From NCBI GenBank assembly GCA_019828565.1, contig JAHDYR010000025.1, positions 248,001 to 312,000 on the forward strand: DNA of 64,000 nt. Direction: 5' to 3'. The translations under genes were made by a program, and so were the position numbers. Source of the stretch: Carpediemonas membranifera BICM (Eukaryota; Protista; Fornicata). The notes beneath the pieces are model-generated. The model had not been told where the DNA came from. It made no database searches and saw only the letters and a list, made by a program, of their open reading frames with translations. The stretch's first letter is position 1. Each line of letters starts with the position of its first letter. Below, one piece after another: positions 22,001 through 31,776 of the stretch.

Positions 22001-22924
22001 ACCGTCGCCCAAACTGCCGCTGCCAATGGCTGGGCGGACTGGGCGCTGCTCTTCGCCTTTGAGCAGGACGGCAACACCACGCTCCAGGGCTTCGCGTGCG
22101 AGTCCGTGGCCGACAAGGCCAAGCAGCTGTTCGAGGAGAACAAGGCCGACAGGAAGGTCACCCTCCGCGAGCAGGTCAAGACCGACAAGAAGGCCGGCAA
22201 GGTGTCCAACCTCACCGTCTCGCTCCCCCCCGCCGCCGCAGCCGCCGTCATCGCCGACTTTGAGCGCGTCGTCGAGCCCCGCCACAAGACGGCCCCGTCC
22301 TCCCGTGCCGTCGCCGCGGAGGGCAGCTTCAAGCCGGACACGGAGAACGTACGCATGCAGGCCCGCGAGCAGGCGATGATGGAGCTGTACCAGAGCCAGG
22401 ACGCTGACACGCTCGTCACCATCGCCACCCGCATCACGCAGGAGGCGGACCTCTTCCACGCACAGTGCGTCGGCCTTATCGAGACAATCTACGGCCTCCT
22501 TGGCGCCACGTACGGCCCCCTGGTCGACGCTGACGCCGCCAACGGCCGCAGCGTGCTGTACACCCACGAGATGGTCAGCGGCACGTGGTCCGAACCCGCC
22601 CTTCTCGCCGAGGCCCTCCGCGGACCCGGCAAGCACGCTGCCCTGATCAGCGGGCCCCGCACCAACACCGCCCAGGCCGGCGTCACGGGCTATATCATGG
22701 GGTGGGCGAACGCTGAGGCCGCCGAGGAGCTCAAGACTGTCTTCGGTGGCGACGCCAAGGTCTGGGAGGACCAGGAGGCGGGCTGCCCCATGTATGAGGA
22801 GGTCGATGGCCTCGTGAAGGTGACGGCGACGACCGACCTGAACTGGATGAAGCAGTGCCTCAAGGCCGCCGGGTACGCCGACGACAAGTGGAACGAGAGC
22901 AAGGGGAAGAAGGGCAAGAAGTAG
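19064..22924 (+). CDS. alaS: Alanyl-tRNA synthetase, archaeal type
   Basis: N-terminal CxxC...CGDxxC zinc motif, [60 protein letters not shown]; editing site HTAAH and EACCGTH. Confidence 0.96.
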   Translation: [1286 protein letters not shown]

Positions 22925-23312
22925 AGTAAACGGTTTCCTGTCGTACCTTCAATCCACAATAAGTCACTGAATCTTTATAACCATCACCCTGACCCTTGGT
23001 CTCGTCTCGATGAATCAGCCTCGCCAAAGTCGAGCCAAGGCACAATAAGTGTTGCGCAGTATAAACACATTTTTCGAACCCTCCCAGACAGGGCCTGAAA
23101 GGAACGATCAAAGTGCCAAACTGTACAACATCATCCGTCCGTAGACGAATGTTGGCGGTTAGCCAATTGATGATACTGGAATGATGTTGGAAGGCGCGGG
23201 ATCGAGGTGCGACTGAACGGAGAGCCACTGAGCTCATCTTCCGTGGTAAGAACGCCACAGAACATAAACTGCACAATCAGGCACTGCGACAAACAGGCCT
23301 ACCGAAGCGAGT

Positions 23313-25049
23313 ATGGCTGATGCTGACAAACCTCAACCCGTGGTTCCTGCAGCTAAGAAGCCTTCTGGTCCAGCGTCGTTGTACGACCTCGCAATGAAGA
23401 ATGAAAAGGCGATTCTCGAATACTGCCGTGCAAACCGCGCTGCCGTCTCTGCAATCGACAAAGGAGGCTGCACATTATGTCATTATACCATGCTACTCAA
23501 CAAGATCAACGTATCAACCGAGCTGATCCGCCTCGGGACAAGCAGCTTCGTCATTGCAAACAACGACAAGCAGCGCGGCGCCCTGGCAGGTATGTCGGTA
23601 TTCCACATCGCCTGCAAGCGGGGCTTCCACCCCGTCGTCCATGCAATCCTCGAGGAGAAGACGCCCGAGGAGCTGGCCCGCATTACGCAGTTCACGAGTG
23701 CGACAGGGGTGTGCGGCATCCACCTGGCAGCAATGGAGGGGCATACCAACATAGTGCACCTAATCGTAGAGGCCAACCCCCTCTGCGCGACACTGGCGGA
23801 CAACAATGGCTGGACCTCCCTCCACCATGCGGCCTTCAACGAGCACTGTGACACTATCTCCTACCTCTGCACCAGCCCCAAGATCCAAACGAGCGTCGAC
23901 AGACACTCCGACCTCGACGGCCGGACCCCGCTGCACGAAGCGGCGAGGAACGACTCGCCCAAAGCCTGCCGTCTGCTGCTCTCCCACGGGGCCTCGCTCA
24001 CGGTTCGGGACGACAGCGGGCTCTCGCCGTTCCGTCTGGCCAAGCGCATGAACTCACCGCACGCGGCTAACCTGCTGAGCCGGGCGGCCTGGCTGCACTA
24101 CACCGTCGGGCTATGTGGCTTGCGACCCAAAGCGAGGTCGGCCGACAAGGGCGGTGTGGGTTGGCGTTTCAGCACTAGGCCCTGGTTCAGGCCGCCTTGG
24201 GTGTACTGGCTCGTCGTGTGGCCCCCAGCTATGCTGTACCTGCTGTCGATGGTCTACCACCTCTCGGCCCGGTCCTGGGTCGGGATCGCCCAAATCGTCA
24301 CGTTCAGCGCCGCCGTGGTGTGGTTCCTCGTGCTGCTCTTCATGCACACGCTCCTGTGGCGGTCCAACCCTGGCCGCATCCGGCCCCTGCCCGACACAGA
24401 ATACTACGCCGCCGTCAACGCCGGCGAGACAGTCTGTCACACTTGCCGGACAAGGCGGCTGTTGCGGGCGAAACACTGCGCCTCCTGCGGGGTCTGCGTC
24501 CATCGAATGGACCATCATTGCCTCTGGGTCGGCAACTGCATCGGCGCCCACAACCACCGCCTGTTCATGGCGTTCCTGGTGTTCCAGCAGGGATTCAACG
24601 TCATCAGCGCCTTCGCCCTCGTGGTGCTGGTCTTCCTCGACCCCATGCTGTACCAGATCACATGGACATGGCAGGGGGTGCTCTGGGCGATAGGGTCAAT
24701 GATATTTAAGTATTTTATCACGATAGCCACTTTTATTTACTTGCTTGCGAGCACTATTCCGGTCTTGTCACTGTGTAAGAACCATCTGAAGCAGATCTCG
24801 GTCAACATCACGACGAACGAGGGCATGAACCGCGAGAAGTACCCTCACATGGCGCTGACGTCGCCCACCCACAAGTTCAGTCCCTTTAACGACGGTTGCA
24901 TGCCCAACATCGGTCAGTTCATCCGTGGATACGGGATGTGGCGGCGTGCGGACGTCTCAGAAGAGTGGGACGCGAGGCTGAAGGCTATGAGAGTCGAGCG
25001 GATCCGGAAGATGATGGCGGACGTCCGGCAGGCTGATAATAAAGTATGA
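23313..25049 (+). CDS. Ankyrin-repeat DHHC palmitoyltransferase (Akr1/ZDHHC17-like)
   Basis: About 6 ankyrin repeats, TM helices, CHTC...RAKHCASCGVCVHRMDHHCLWVGNCIGAHNHRLF, and the TTNE motif. Confidence 0.93.
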   Translation: MADADKPQPVVPAAKKPSGPASLYDLAMKNEKAILEYCRANRAAVSAIDKGGCTLCHYTMLLNKINVSTELIRLGTSSFVIANNDKQRGALAGMSVFHIACKRGFHPVVHAILEEKTPEELARITQFTSATGVCGIHLAAMEGHTNIVHLIVEANPLCATLADNNGWTSLHHAAFNEHCDTISYLCTSPKIQTSVDRHSDLDGRTPLHEAARNDSPKACRLLLSHGASLTVRDDSGLSPFRLAKRMNSPHAANLLSRAAWLHYTVGLCGLRPKARSADKGGVGWRFSTRPWFRPPWVYWLVVWPPAMLYLLSMVYHLSARSWVGIAQIVTFSAAVVWFLVLLFMHTLLWRSNPGRIRPLPDTEYYAAVNAGETVCHTCRTRRLLRAKHCASCGVCVHRMDHHCLWVGNCIGAHNHRLFMAFLVFQQGFNVISAFALVVLVFLDPMLYQITWTWQGVLWAIGSMIFKYFITIATFIYLLASTIPVLSLCKNHLKQISVNITTNEGMNREKYPHMALTSPTHKFSPFNDGCMPNIGQFIRGYGMWRRADVSEEWDARLKAMRVERIRKMMADVRQADNKV

Positions 25050-25150
25050 CTCGTCCTCAGGCCCGCAGCCCATTGATACGACTATCATGTTTATGTCCAG
25101 CGTCCTGCTTGGCCACAGCTTGGGGTGGGCCGGAGCCGCCACAGACGACC

Positions 25151-25525
25151 TCACATCGCCTCGTCCTCCTGCTCCTCCGGTGGTGGCCCGCACGGCTCGA
25201 TCATGTGCTCCATGAACTCATACCGCATCCTGGCCTGCGACTTCCCTTCCACCAGTGCGGAGTAGGCGAGGATGTGGTCGTGGCCGATGTAGGATGTGAT
25301 TGAGTCGCGATGCTGGTTGGTAAGCCACTCACTGCGTAAACTATGTAGTGCTATATGCTGGTACATACTGTTTTGTGGTGTCTGCGTTGCCAGTTCCTGG
25401 TGTACGTGCTGCTAGAGGGGCAAGTTGGCTGAAATACGATGTCTTGACGTCAGCAGCATTCTTTGTGTTGAATATGTCCTGATAACCCTATGTAACTGTG
25501 ATCTAGATGCCCATATACACACCAT
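25151..25525 (-). CDS. SF3B5: Splicing factor 3B subunit 5 (introns 25332-25368 and probably 25488-25522)
   Basis: Spliced product ...SQLAPLAARTPGTGNADTTKHEWLTNQHRDSITSYIGH...SQARMRYEFMEHMIEPCGPPP. The first exon appears to be the ATG alone (less certain). Confidence 0.92.
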
Positions 25526-25650
25526 ATGTCTTAGGTGGACAGTTTTGACTCCTTTTGCTCTCCATGCCCGACCGTACATGGCATATCATGTAACAGTATA
25601 AATCACTTCACCATAGCCCTTAAACAACTACCCCACGCTCATTTAACAAC

Positions 25651-26679
25651 CTATTCCAGCAGCTGGACCTCGTCGACGTCCAGCACTGTCAGCGACGAGT
25701 CTGTCAGCGCCCCCTTCATGTTGGGCCGACACGCCGCCGCCACCCGTGTCCCGCTGGGGTTAAACTTCAGCCTGACCACGGCCCCGCTGAACGGCACAGG
25801 CGTGAGTGGCGATGTCTTGCTGGAGTCGATGACGCTGAGCGAGTGGACCTGCACGGTCCGGTCGCCCCCGCCCGACAGGAAGAGACGGCCGCCAGGGTGC
25901 ACCGCGATGGTGTAGACTATGTGGTCTGTCGGAGGGGTGGTTGTCTTGTCCTGGTGAACCCGGAAGGCCACCTTGTTGGCCTTCGTAGAAACAGTCGTGA
26001 TGGCCATGCGGCATGCGATCGAGGCGACCGTGAAGAACTCGTCGCCCCTCAGCCACTTCACTGCAGCTGTAGGGTGGGCTAGCAAGGACTCGCGGGCCTT
26101 GATGATGACACTGCCGGGTGGTCCACCGTTGGGCACCGACAGCATCGCCAATGCGTCGACAACAACGACCTTGCGCCCCTTAGTCGCCACTAGCATCCGC
26201 CCTTCGTTATTTGAGAGGTCTATGTCGATGATATCGTCCTCGAACTCGAGGGTGGCCGGCAAGTTCTCGCCACGAATGTCGATGGCCGTGAGCCGGTTCC
26301 CACTGGCGCACCACAGATGGGTATTACCGCATATAAGACGCGTCACAGGGGCGGGGAACGGATCGGAGATCTGCAGACGCTCGTCGGTGTCAGGATCTAT
26401 GCCAATTATGCTGCCATTCTTCAATCCAGTGAAAATAAACGGGCTCTCACAAAATCTATCTGCATGAGGCTCTAGACAAGCACAAACCATATTCACAGCA
26501 GAGAACCGGGCTATCAAGGTAAACTTCTTTTGGCGCTGTGCCCTCTGTGTTGTATATCCGGAGATACTGAGTGAGTTTTGGCTTGATAAACTTACTGAGT
26601 CATAGTATGATGCAACAAGAGCAGTATCAGACCCCCAACTGATGTCTGTAATCAGCCCTTTAGTCCTTGCAAGCTCCAT
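25651..26679 (-). CDS. Bub3/Rae1-family WD40 protein (divergent)
   Basis: RESLLAHPT..V, VASIACRMAI, AFRVHQ, VYTIAVHP..LFLSGGGDRTV are colinear with the Bub3/Rae1 C-terminal blades. Confidence 0.75.
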   Translation of the reverse strand: MELARTKGLITDISWGSDTALVASYYDSVSLSSQNSLSISGYTTQRAQRQKKFTLIARFSAVNMVCACLEPHADRFCESPFIFTGLKNGSIIGIDPDTDERLQISDPFPAPVTRLICGNTHLWCASGNRLTAIDIRGENLPATLEFEDDIIDIDLSNNEGRMLVATKGRKVVVVDALAMLSVPNGGPPGSVIIKARESLLAHPTAAVKWLRGDEFFTVASIACRMAITTVSTKANKVAFRVHQDKTTTPPTDHIVYTIAVHPGGRLFLSGGGDRTVQVHSLSVIDSSKTSPLTPVPFSGAVVRLKFNPSGTRVAAACRPNMKGALTDSSLTVLDVDEVQLLE

Positions 26680-26803
26680 GCCTTCTGCATAAACTGCGAT
26701 TCACACTTCCGGACACCAAGAAGAGTTAGCCAAACGCCGATGGAGCAGTACCTGAGCCCGGAACCGCTCCGCCGTCACATAGCACAATAAATTTACCCTA
26801 GCC

Positions 26804-27622
26804 TTAGTTGGCGAATTCCTCATCACTTGCGTGCTCGCTGACGGGCAGGCTGTCCTGGTTCCCTGCCCGGAAGAGCAGCTCGGGGTTGAAGAGAGACCGT
26901 GCGTAGTCGACGATGGCCTGGGACAGAGTTGTCGAGAGGTTCTTCTGGTGCACGACCTTGGCCTGCTTGCGGAAGGCCTTCATGCCGAAAGGTACTGTCT
27001 TACTGAAAAGCCAGTTGATAAAAGAGGCCCAAATGGGGCCTTCAAAAGGCAGCTTGGGGTCAAGGTCGCAGAAGACCGTGATGTGCGTCTGGTGGCGCCC
27101 CGTGGCCTTGTCGATAACGGGGTAGATGCGGCTGATGCCGTCGGGCATGCTCATGCGGCACTCAGCGGGGACGCCCTTGGGTATGGGGATGTCGTCGCCG
27201 GGGTGGGTAACGAAGGTCATGAAGAGAGCGTCCTTGTCGGTCTCATCGGTGAAGTACTGGCCGGAGAGCAGGATCTCACGGACCTTGTACTTCTTGGGAA
27301 TGAGGGGAAGGGGCAGCTTGATGATGATCTGTCCGACCTGGTGCCAGTCGTTCTTGCCGAGCTCCGCCGTCATGTTGTTGAGCTTGTGGCAGGTAGGGAC
27401 CCAATCGGCCCAACGATCAACGTCGGTGCTCACGGCAAGGCACTCGCTCATCGGGTTGTCGATGACGTAATCGAGATAGACGCTGTAGATGCCTGGGCCG
27501 CTGAGACCAACTTGGAAGCCCACCTTGATGTCCTCCTTGTCTACTGGCCAGTTCCAAGCACGATCAGTGGGGCGCTGAAGTCTCTCGCGCTGGTGATCGC
27601 TGATTTTGGTCTCGAATACCAT
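26804..27622 (-). CDS. START-like lipid-binding domain protein
   Basis: CLAVSTDVDRWADWVP, KLPLP...RE, DLDPKLP..INWL pattern of START/SRPBCC folds. Confidence 0.6.
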   Translation of the reverse strand: MVFETKISDHQRERLQRPTDRAWNWPVDKEDIKVGFQVGLSGPGIYSVYLDYVIDNPMSECLAVSTDVDRWADWVPTCHKLNNMTAELGKNDWHQVGQIIIKLPLPLIPKKYKVREILLSGQYFTDETDKDALFMTFVTHPGDDIPIPKGVPAECRMSMPDGISRIYPVIDKATGRHQTHITVFCDLDPKLPFEGPIWASFINWLFSKTVPFGMKAFRKQAKVVHQKNLSTTLSQAIVDYARSLFNPELLFRAGNQDSLPVSEHASDEEFAN

Positions 27623-27949
27623 GTCTAAAGGGCAATAGTAGGTCCTCGGGGTTTGCAGAAATGAAGCCATCAATCCGAAACGGGACAGAACCTTGAGGGG
27701 GCATACATCTGTGTCCTGGCGGTTCAGGTGAACTGCTGGAGCTCTCTTGTTCCTGCTTTATTGGACGTTTTCCAACTGCTCAGTGGCGCCACCTGGGGCA
27801 AGGTCGAGTATCAGCGGCGACCTGGCGATCTAAGTACAACAGGTGTTGGAGGAGTGACTGACAGTTACTTACAGTGTCTGGTAGATTCTGTCGAATCTTG
27901 TGATCGAGACGACTCGTTCGCGAGTTCTCCGCCAAAACGACTTTGCCCA

Positions 27950-29155
27950 ATGGAAGGCTACAGCTCCACTATGATTAACGGGACGCGGTTCACTGTGCCA
28001 TCCCGCTACCAGGTCGTTCGAGCTCTAGGCCACGGCGCCTATGGCGTTGTTTGCTTGGCAAAAGACACGATTACGGGCGAAAACGTCGCCATCAAGAAGA
28101 TTGCGCGCCTCTTTGTTCGTTAGATGTTCCCTTATTACCCAGGATCACGTTATCGACACGAAGCGGGCCCTTCGCGAGCTCCGCATTCTCTCGCACTTCA
28201 GCCACCAGAATATTATCGAGCTGAAGGACATGTACGCCGCCCCCGCCCAGTCCCCTCTCACACAGCATTATTATCGGCAATGAGGAGGACTTCGAGGACC
28301 TGTACGTCATCACGGACCTCATGGACACCGACATGCACCAGATCATCTCGTCCAGCCAGTCCCTGTCCGAGGAGCACATCTGTTCGTCACCCCGCTCCAC
28401 GTCACACAGCATACTTCATGTACCAGCTCCTGCATGCTCTGCACTACACCCACAGCGCACACATCATCCACCGCGACCTGAAGCCCTCCAACATCCTCCT
28501 CAACAGCAACTGTGACCTCAAACTGTGCGACTTTGGCCTAGCCAGACACCGTGACGAGGAGAACGACGAACAGGGCAAGTACATCCTCACGGAGTACGTC
28601 GCCACCAGATGGTACCGCGCCCCCGAGATCATTTGCGGCTGGAAGCACTACCACGGCTGTGTCGACGTCTGGAGCGTCGGCTGCATCTTCGCCGAGCTCC
28701 TCCAACGCCGCCCACTCTTTGCGGGCAAGGACTACCTCAAACAGCTCCACCTCATCATGGACGTCACAGGGACGCCGGACGACGCGCAGATCAAGGGGAT
28801 AGCGTCCAGCAGGGCTAGGGCATACCTCAAAAGCTTGCCGCCCAAGCGGGGCATCCCAATCAAGCACCTCTTGCCGAAAGCCTCTCCCGAGGCCGTCGAC
28901 CTCCTCAACAGGATGCTTACGTTCAACCCGATGGACCGGATAACGGTGGAGGAGGCGCTCAAGCACCCGTTCATCACCTCCGTGCACATTAAGGGGGCAG
29001 GGGCGACGTACACCGGCCCCGAGATCGAGTTCGAGTTCGACGACGGCAACATCGAGCTGACGAAGCCCCTGCTGCGGCAGTACATCTTCAGGGAGTACGT
29101 CAAGTTCCAACAGTCGATGAAGAAGGGGGCGACGGGCATGAGCCACACACTGTAA
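27950..29155 (+). CDS. ERK-type MAP kinase, TEY activation loop (introns 28115-28142, 28232-28265, 28382-28409)
   Basis: GHGAYGVV, VAIKK, HRDLKPSN, DFGLAR, TEYVATRWYRAPE. Three short introns restore one continuous frame. Confidence 0.96.
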
Positions 29156-29215
29156 ACAATTATCGGGGCAGGGGATGACCATGCTTGGTTTATCTAAGTC
29201 TATGTAACATATCTA

Positions 29216-30088
29216 TCAGACGAACGCCGCGCTCTCGGCCAGCCCATGCCGTACCGACACGAGCCAGTGCTTCGTCCGAGTCACGGCCGCACCCTCCACC
29301 TCCGTCAGGGGGCGGGTGGTCAGTCCGTTCGCCTGGATGCTGGAGAGCACGTCGTACAGGATACCGACGTCCCTATAGAGCTGCGTGTTCGCGGGCGGGG
29401 CGCCGAGTGTCATGGCTCCTTGCGGGTGAAGCACGGGGCCGGGCTGGGCTGAGAGAGCAGAGGCCGCCAGGGGGACTACGCTAGGGCCGAAGGAACCCGC
29501 GGTGTACAGTGCCGGGGGGAGCTCGGCCCCGGTGGTGGAGAAGGGCGCCAGGGCGGCGGGGCTGTCAATCGGCAGGGGCTCGGACGCCACTACGGGGGGC
29601 GGGACGGTCAAATCCTCGCCATCTGGTACAATTCCGACCTCAGCGGCCGCCATGTTCAGCCGGGTGGCCTCAGTCTCCCGGACCCGGACCACGGCCTTGC
29701 GGAAGGTCTGCACGGCGCCCAGGTTTTGCTCGGGGAACATCTCGTTGTACTCTGCCTTCAGTCCGGGGATGTCTGAGCCCGCTATGGGCTCTGCTACCCC
29801 GAGGTGCTTCCGCATGAGGAACTCGAGCACTGTTTGATCCCGGGGCTCTCGGGGCTTCGGACCGCGTTTCACTTTGCGCAGGGTGCCATTGTGTGCTGCT
29901 GTAACCCATCTAGTGAGGCTTTCTTTTCTGATATGTGGGTTTTTGGCCAGTGTTGCTTCGAGGCCATCGCGTTCAACCTCCTCTACGTGGTGAAGCTTCT
30001 CCTCGAATGAGAAAACTCTCCGTTTCCCTTTAGGTCCATGTCGGGTCTCGAATACGGGCTCGGCACCTGCTCGCAAGCCCGGATCCAT
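29216..30088 (-). CDS. Putative DNA-binding protein with CENP-B/psq/Brinker-like HTH and a Pro/Ala-rich tail
   Basis: KRRVFSFEEKLHHVEEV...IRKESLTRWV followed by basic KRGPKPR. Confidence 0.55.
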   Translation of the reverse strand: MDPGLRAGAEPVFETRHGPKGKRRVFSFEEKLHHVEEVERDGLEATLAKNPHIRKESLTRWVTAAHNGTLRKVKRGPKPREPRDQTVLEFLMRKHLGVAEPIAGSDIPGLKAEYNEMFPEQNLGAVQTFRKAVVRVRETEATRLNMAAAEVGIVPDGEDLTVPPPVVASEPLPIDSPAALAPFSTTGAELPPALYTAGSFGPSVVPLAASALSAQPGPVLHPQGAMTLGAPPANTQLYRDVGILYDVLSSIQANGLTTRPLTEVEGAAVTRTKHWLVSVRHGLAESAAFV

Positions 30089-30313
30089 GTGCAAGCGGAG
30101 AGTGTGTTGATGACTGACCCAAGTCGAAGGCGACAAGGCGTCCTCAGTAGCACACTGTCGCTGTGTGAGCACAGTACGCTGCAGTAAAGATGGCCCGACC
30201 TTTGTTTTCGTTTTCGATACACGTTTCGCCAAGACCTTGACGCTCTCGTTCACAGATTGTCAGAGCACCGGTTTACCTGAACTAAAGGGATCAACTGCAG
30301 ACCACACGCGCGT

Positions 30314-31655
30314 TTACAACATCTCGGCGTCCATTGCAACGGAGAGCCGCTCCCCCAGCCCCGCCCGCGTGTCTGCGTCGGCCACCTGGCACCGCTGCAG
30401 CACCGTCATCAGTGTGCTCTCGATCGTGGGGAACGCCTTCGACCCTAAGAACCGGGGGCAGGGCTTGAGCTTGCCCTTGTCCAGCAGGTCCGGCAGCAGT
30501 GGTACTAGGTCCGCATTGACGCTGCTCTCGCCAAACCGACCCACGACGAGCAGGGCACCGTAGAACCCGTCCCGCGGCCCGGCGAGCAGGGCCTCTCTGA
30601 CGAATTCAAAGGCGGACTCCTGCATTTTCGGGTACTTCCCGCCGTACTGGAAGAGCACCTCCGCCAGCATCTTGGCGGCCTCCTCCCTGACGTCTCGGCC
30701 GGTGATGTCCTCGGGATCGTACGGCCCCAGCGTCTCGGTGACAACCATCGTGACCAGTGCGGGCAGCACCTCCTGCAGGCTCGACTCCAGTGGGGGCCTT
30801 AGCGACGAGTTGGCCCAGACGGCCGCGAGGAGGCTACAGGCAGCCCTAATGGGGAACAGGTCGTCCGCGAGGTTCTTCATGATCGTCGCCAGGGCCTCTC
30901 TGACGATGAACGGGACGCTGTCCGACACGCGGTGCGTCCTCAACTCCGCACAGAGCTTGGGCAGCGCCGCCTCGACCTCAGCCCGCTTGGACTCGTCCGC
31001 AAGAGGCTTGAGCGCGTCCTTCACGCGATGCAGGAACTCCTGGGACACCTGCGGCATGACCCGCGCCCTGTGGAGGATGTACGACAGCCCGTGCTCGGCG
31101 TCCGTCAGCGCCCCCCGGGCCCCCTGGGTCACGGGCGGGTTCGCGTCAAAGTCCTCGGGCAGGATGGTCTCGACAATGTCGTTCTGTGCCCGCTCTAGGG
31201 CCTCGACGGAGACGTTCTCGTTCGTGGCGGGCATCTTTCCCGTCACCGCGAGCCAGTGGACTGATAGAGATGGCTCCGCAGGACGCCGCGGGTCTGAATT
31301 GAGCAGCTCGTTGATGTTGACGACGTCGTCTGCCACACAGTACGTATCCCCGTTCCCGATCGTGCGGTAGCGGGATGAGCGGGATGATGGTCCCAACACA
31401 ACGTTCATATTGCGGGTCTTCAAAGCTTCGTTCACATCGTCAGCAGTTAGCTTGTTGTCTGGTGACTGGTACGCAAAGCGCCGTGCAAGCTGTATGAATA
31501 GGCGCAGAGAAACGAACGGAAAGGACATTCGCCAGCCGGAACTGAAGCTCGTCTGCCATAATAGACGCAACAGCGTCGTCTAGCTCTGTAGGAATAAACT
31601 CAGACGAAACATTCTGAGCTAGCGCCGTAAGCGCGACGCTCCTGTGGCTGGACAT
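30314..31655 (-). CDS. TAF6: TFIID subunit TAF6 (intron 31490-31517)
   Basis: Histone fold DDAVASIMADELQFRL...KLTADDVNEALKTRN, SVHWLAVTGKMPATNEN, then a HEAT-like region. Confidence 0.9.
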
Positions 31656-31682
31656 GGCTATCACGGTGCAGTTTATGTCAAG

Positions 31683-31745
31683 ACAACGAACGTTGTGACG
31701 CCCCCACTGGACAGTGTACAGTGTACACGCAGTGTACAGTGCACG
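31683..31745. repeat. Short direct and inverted repeats upstream of TAF6
   Basis: CAGTGTACAGTG at 31712 and 31730; CACTG-GA-CAGTG at 31705-31716; ACAACG-AA-CGTTGT at 31683-31696. Confidence 0.6.
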
Positions 31746-31776
31746 CGCATCTGCCGACAGAGATCCGCTTCATCAC

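Noticed and set aside
20117-22636. 839-aa antisense ORF, and many similar shadow ORFs over other genes
   Set aside because: By-product of high GC3 codon bias in the sense gene; no recognisable motifs.
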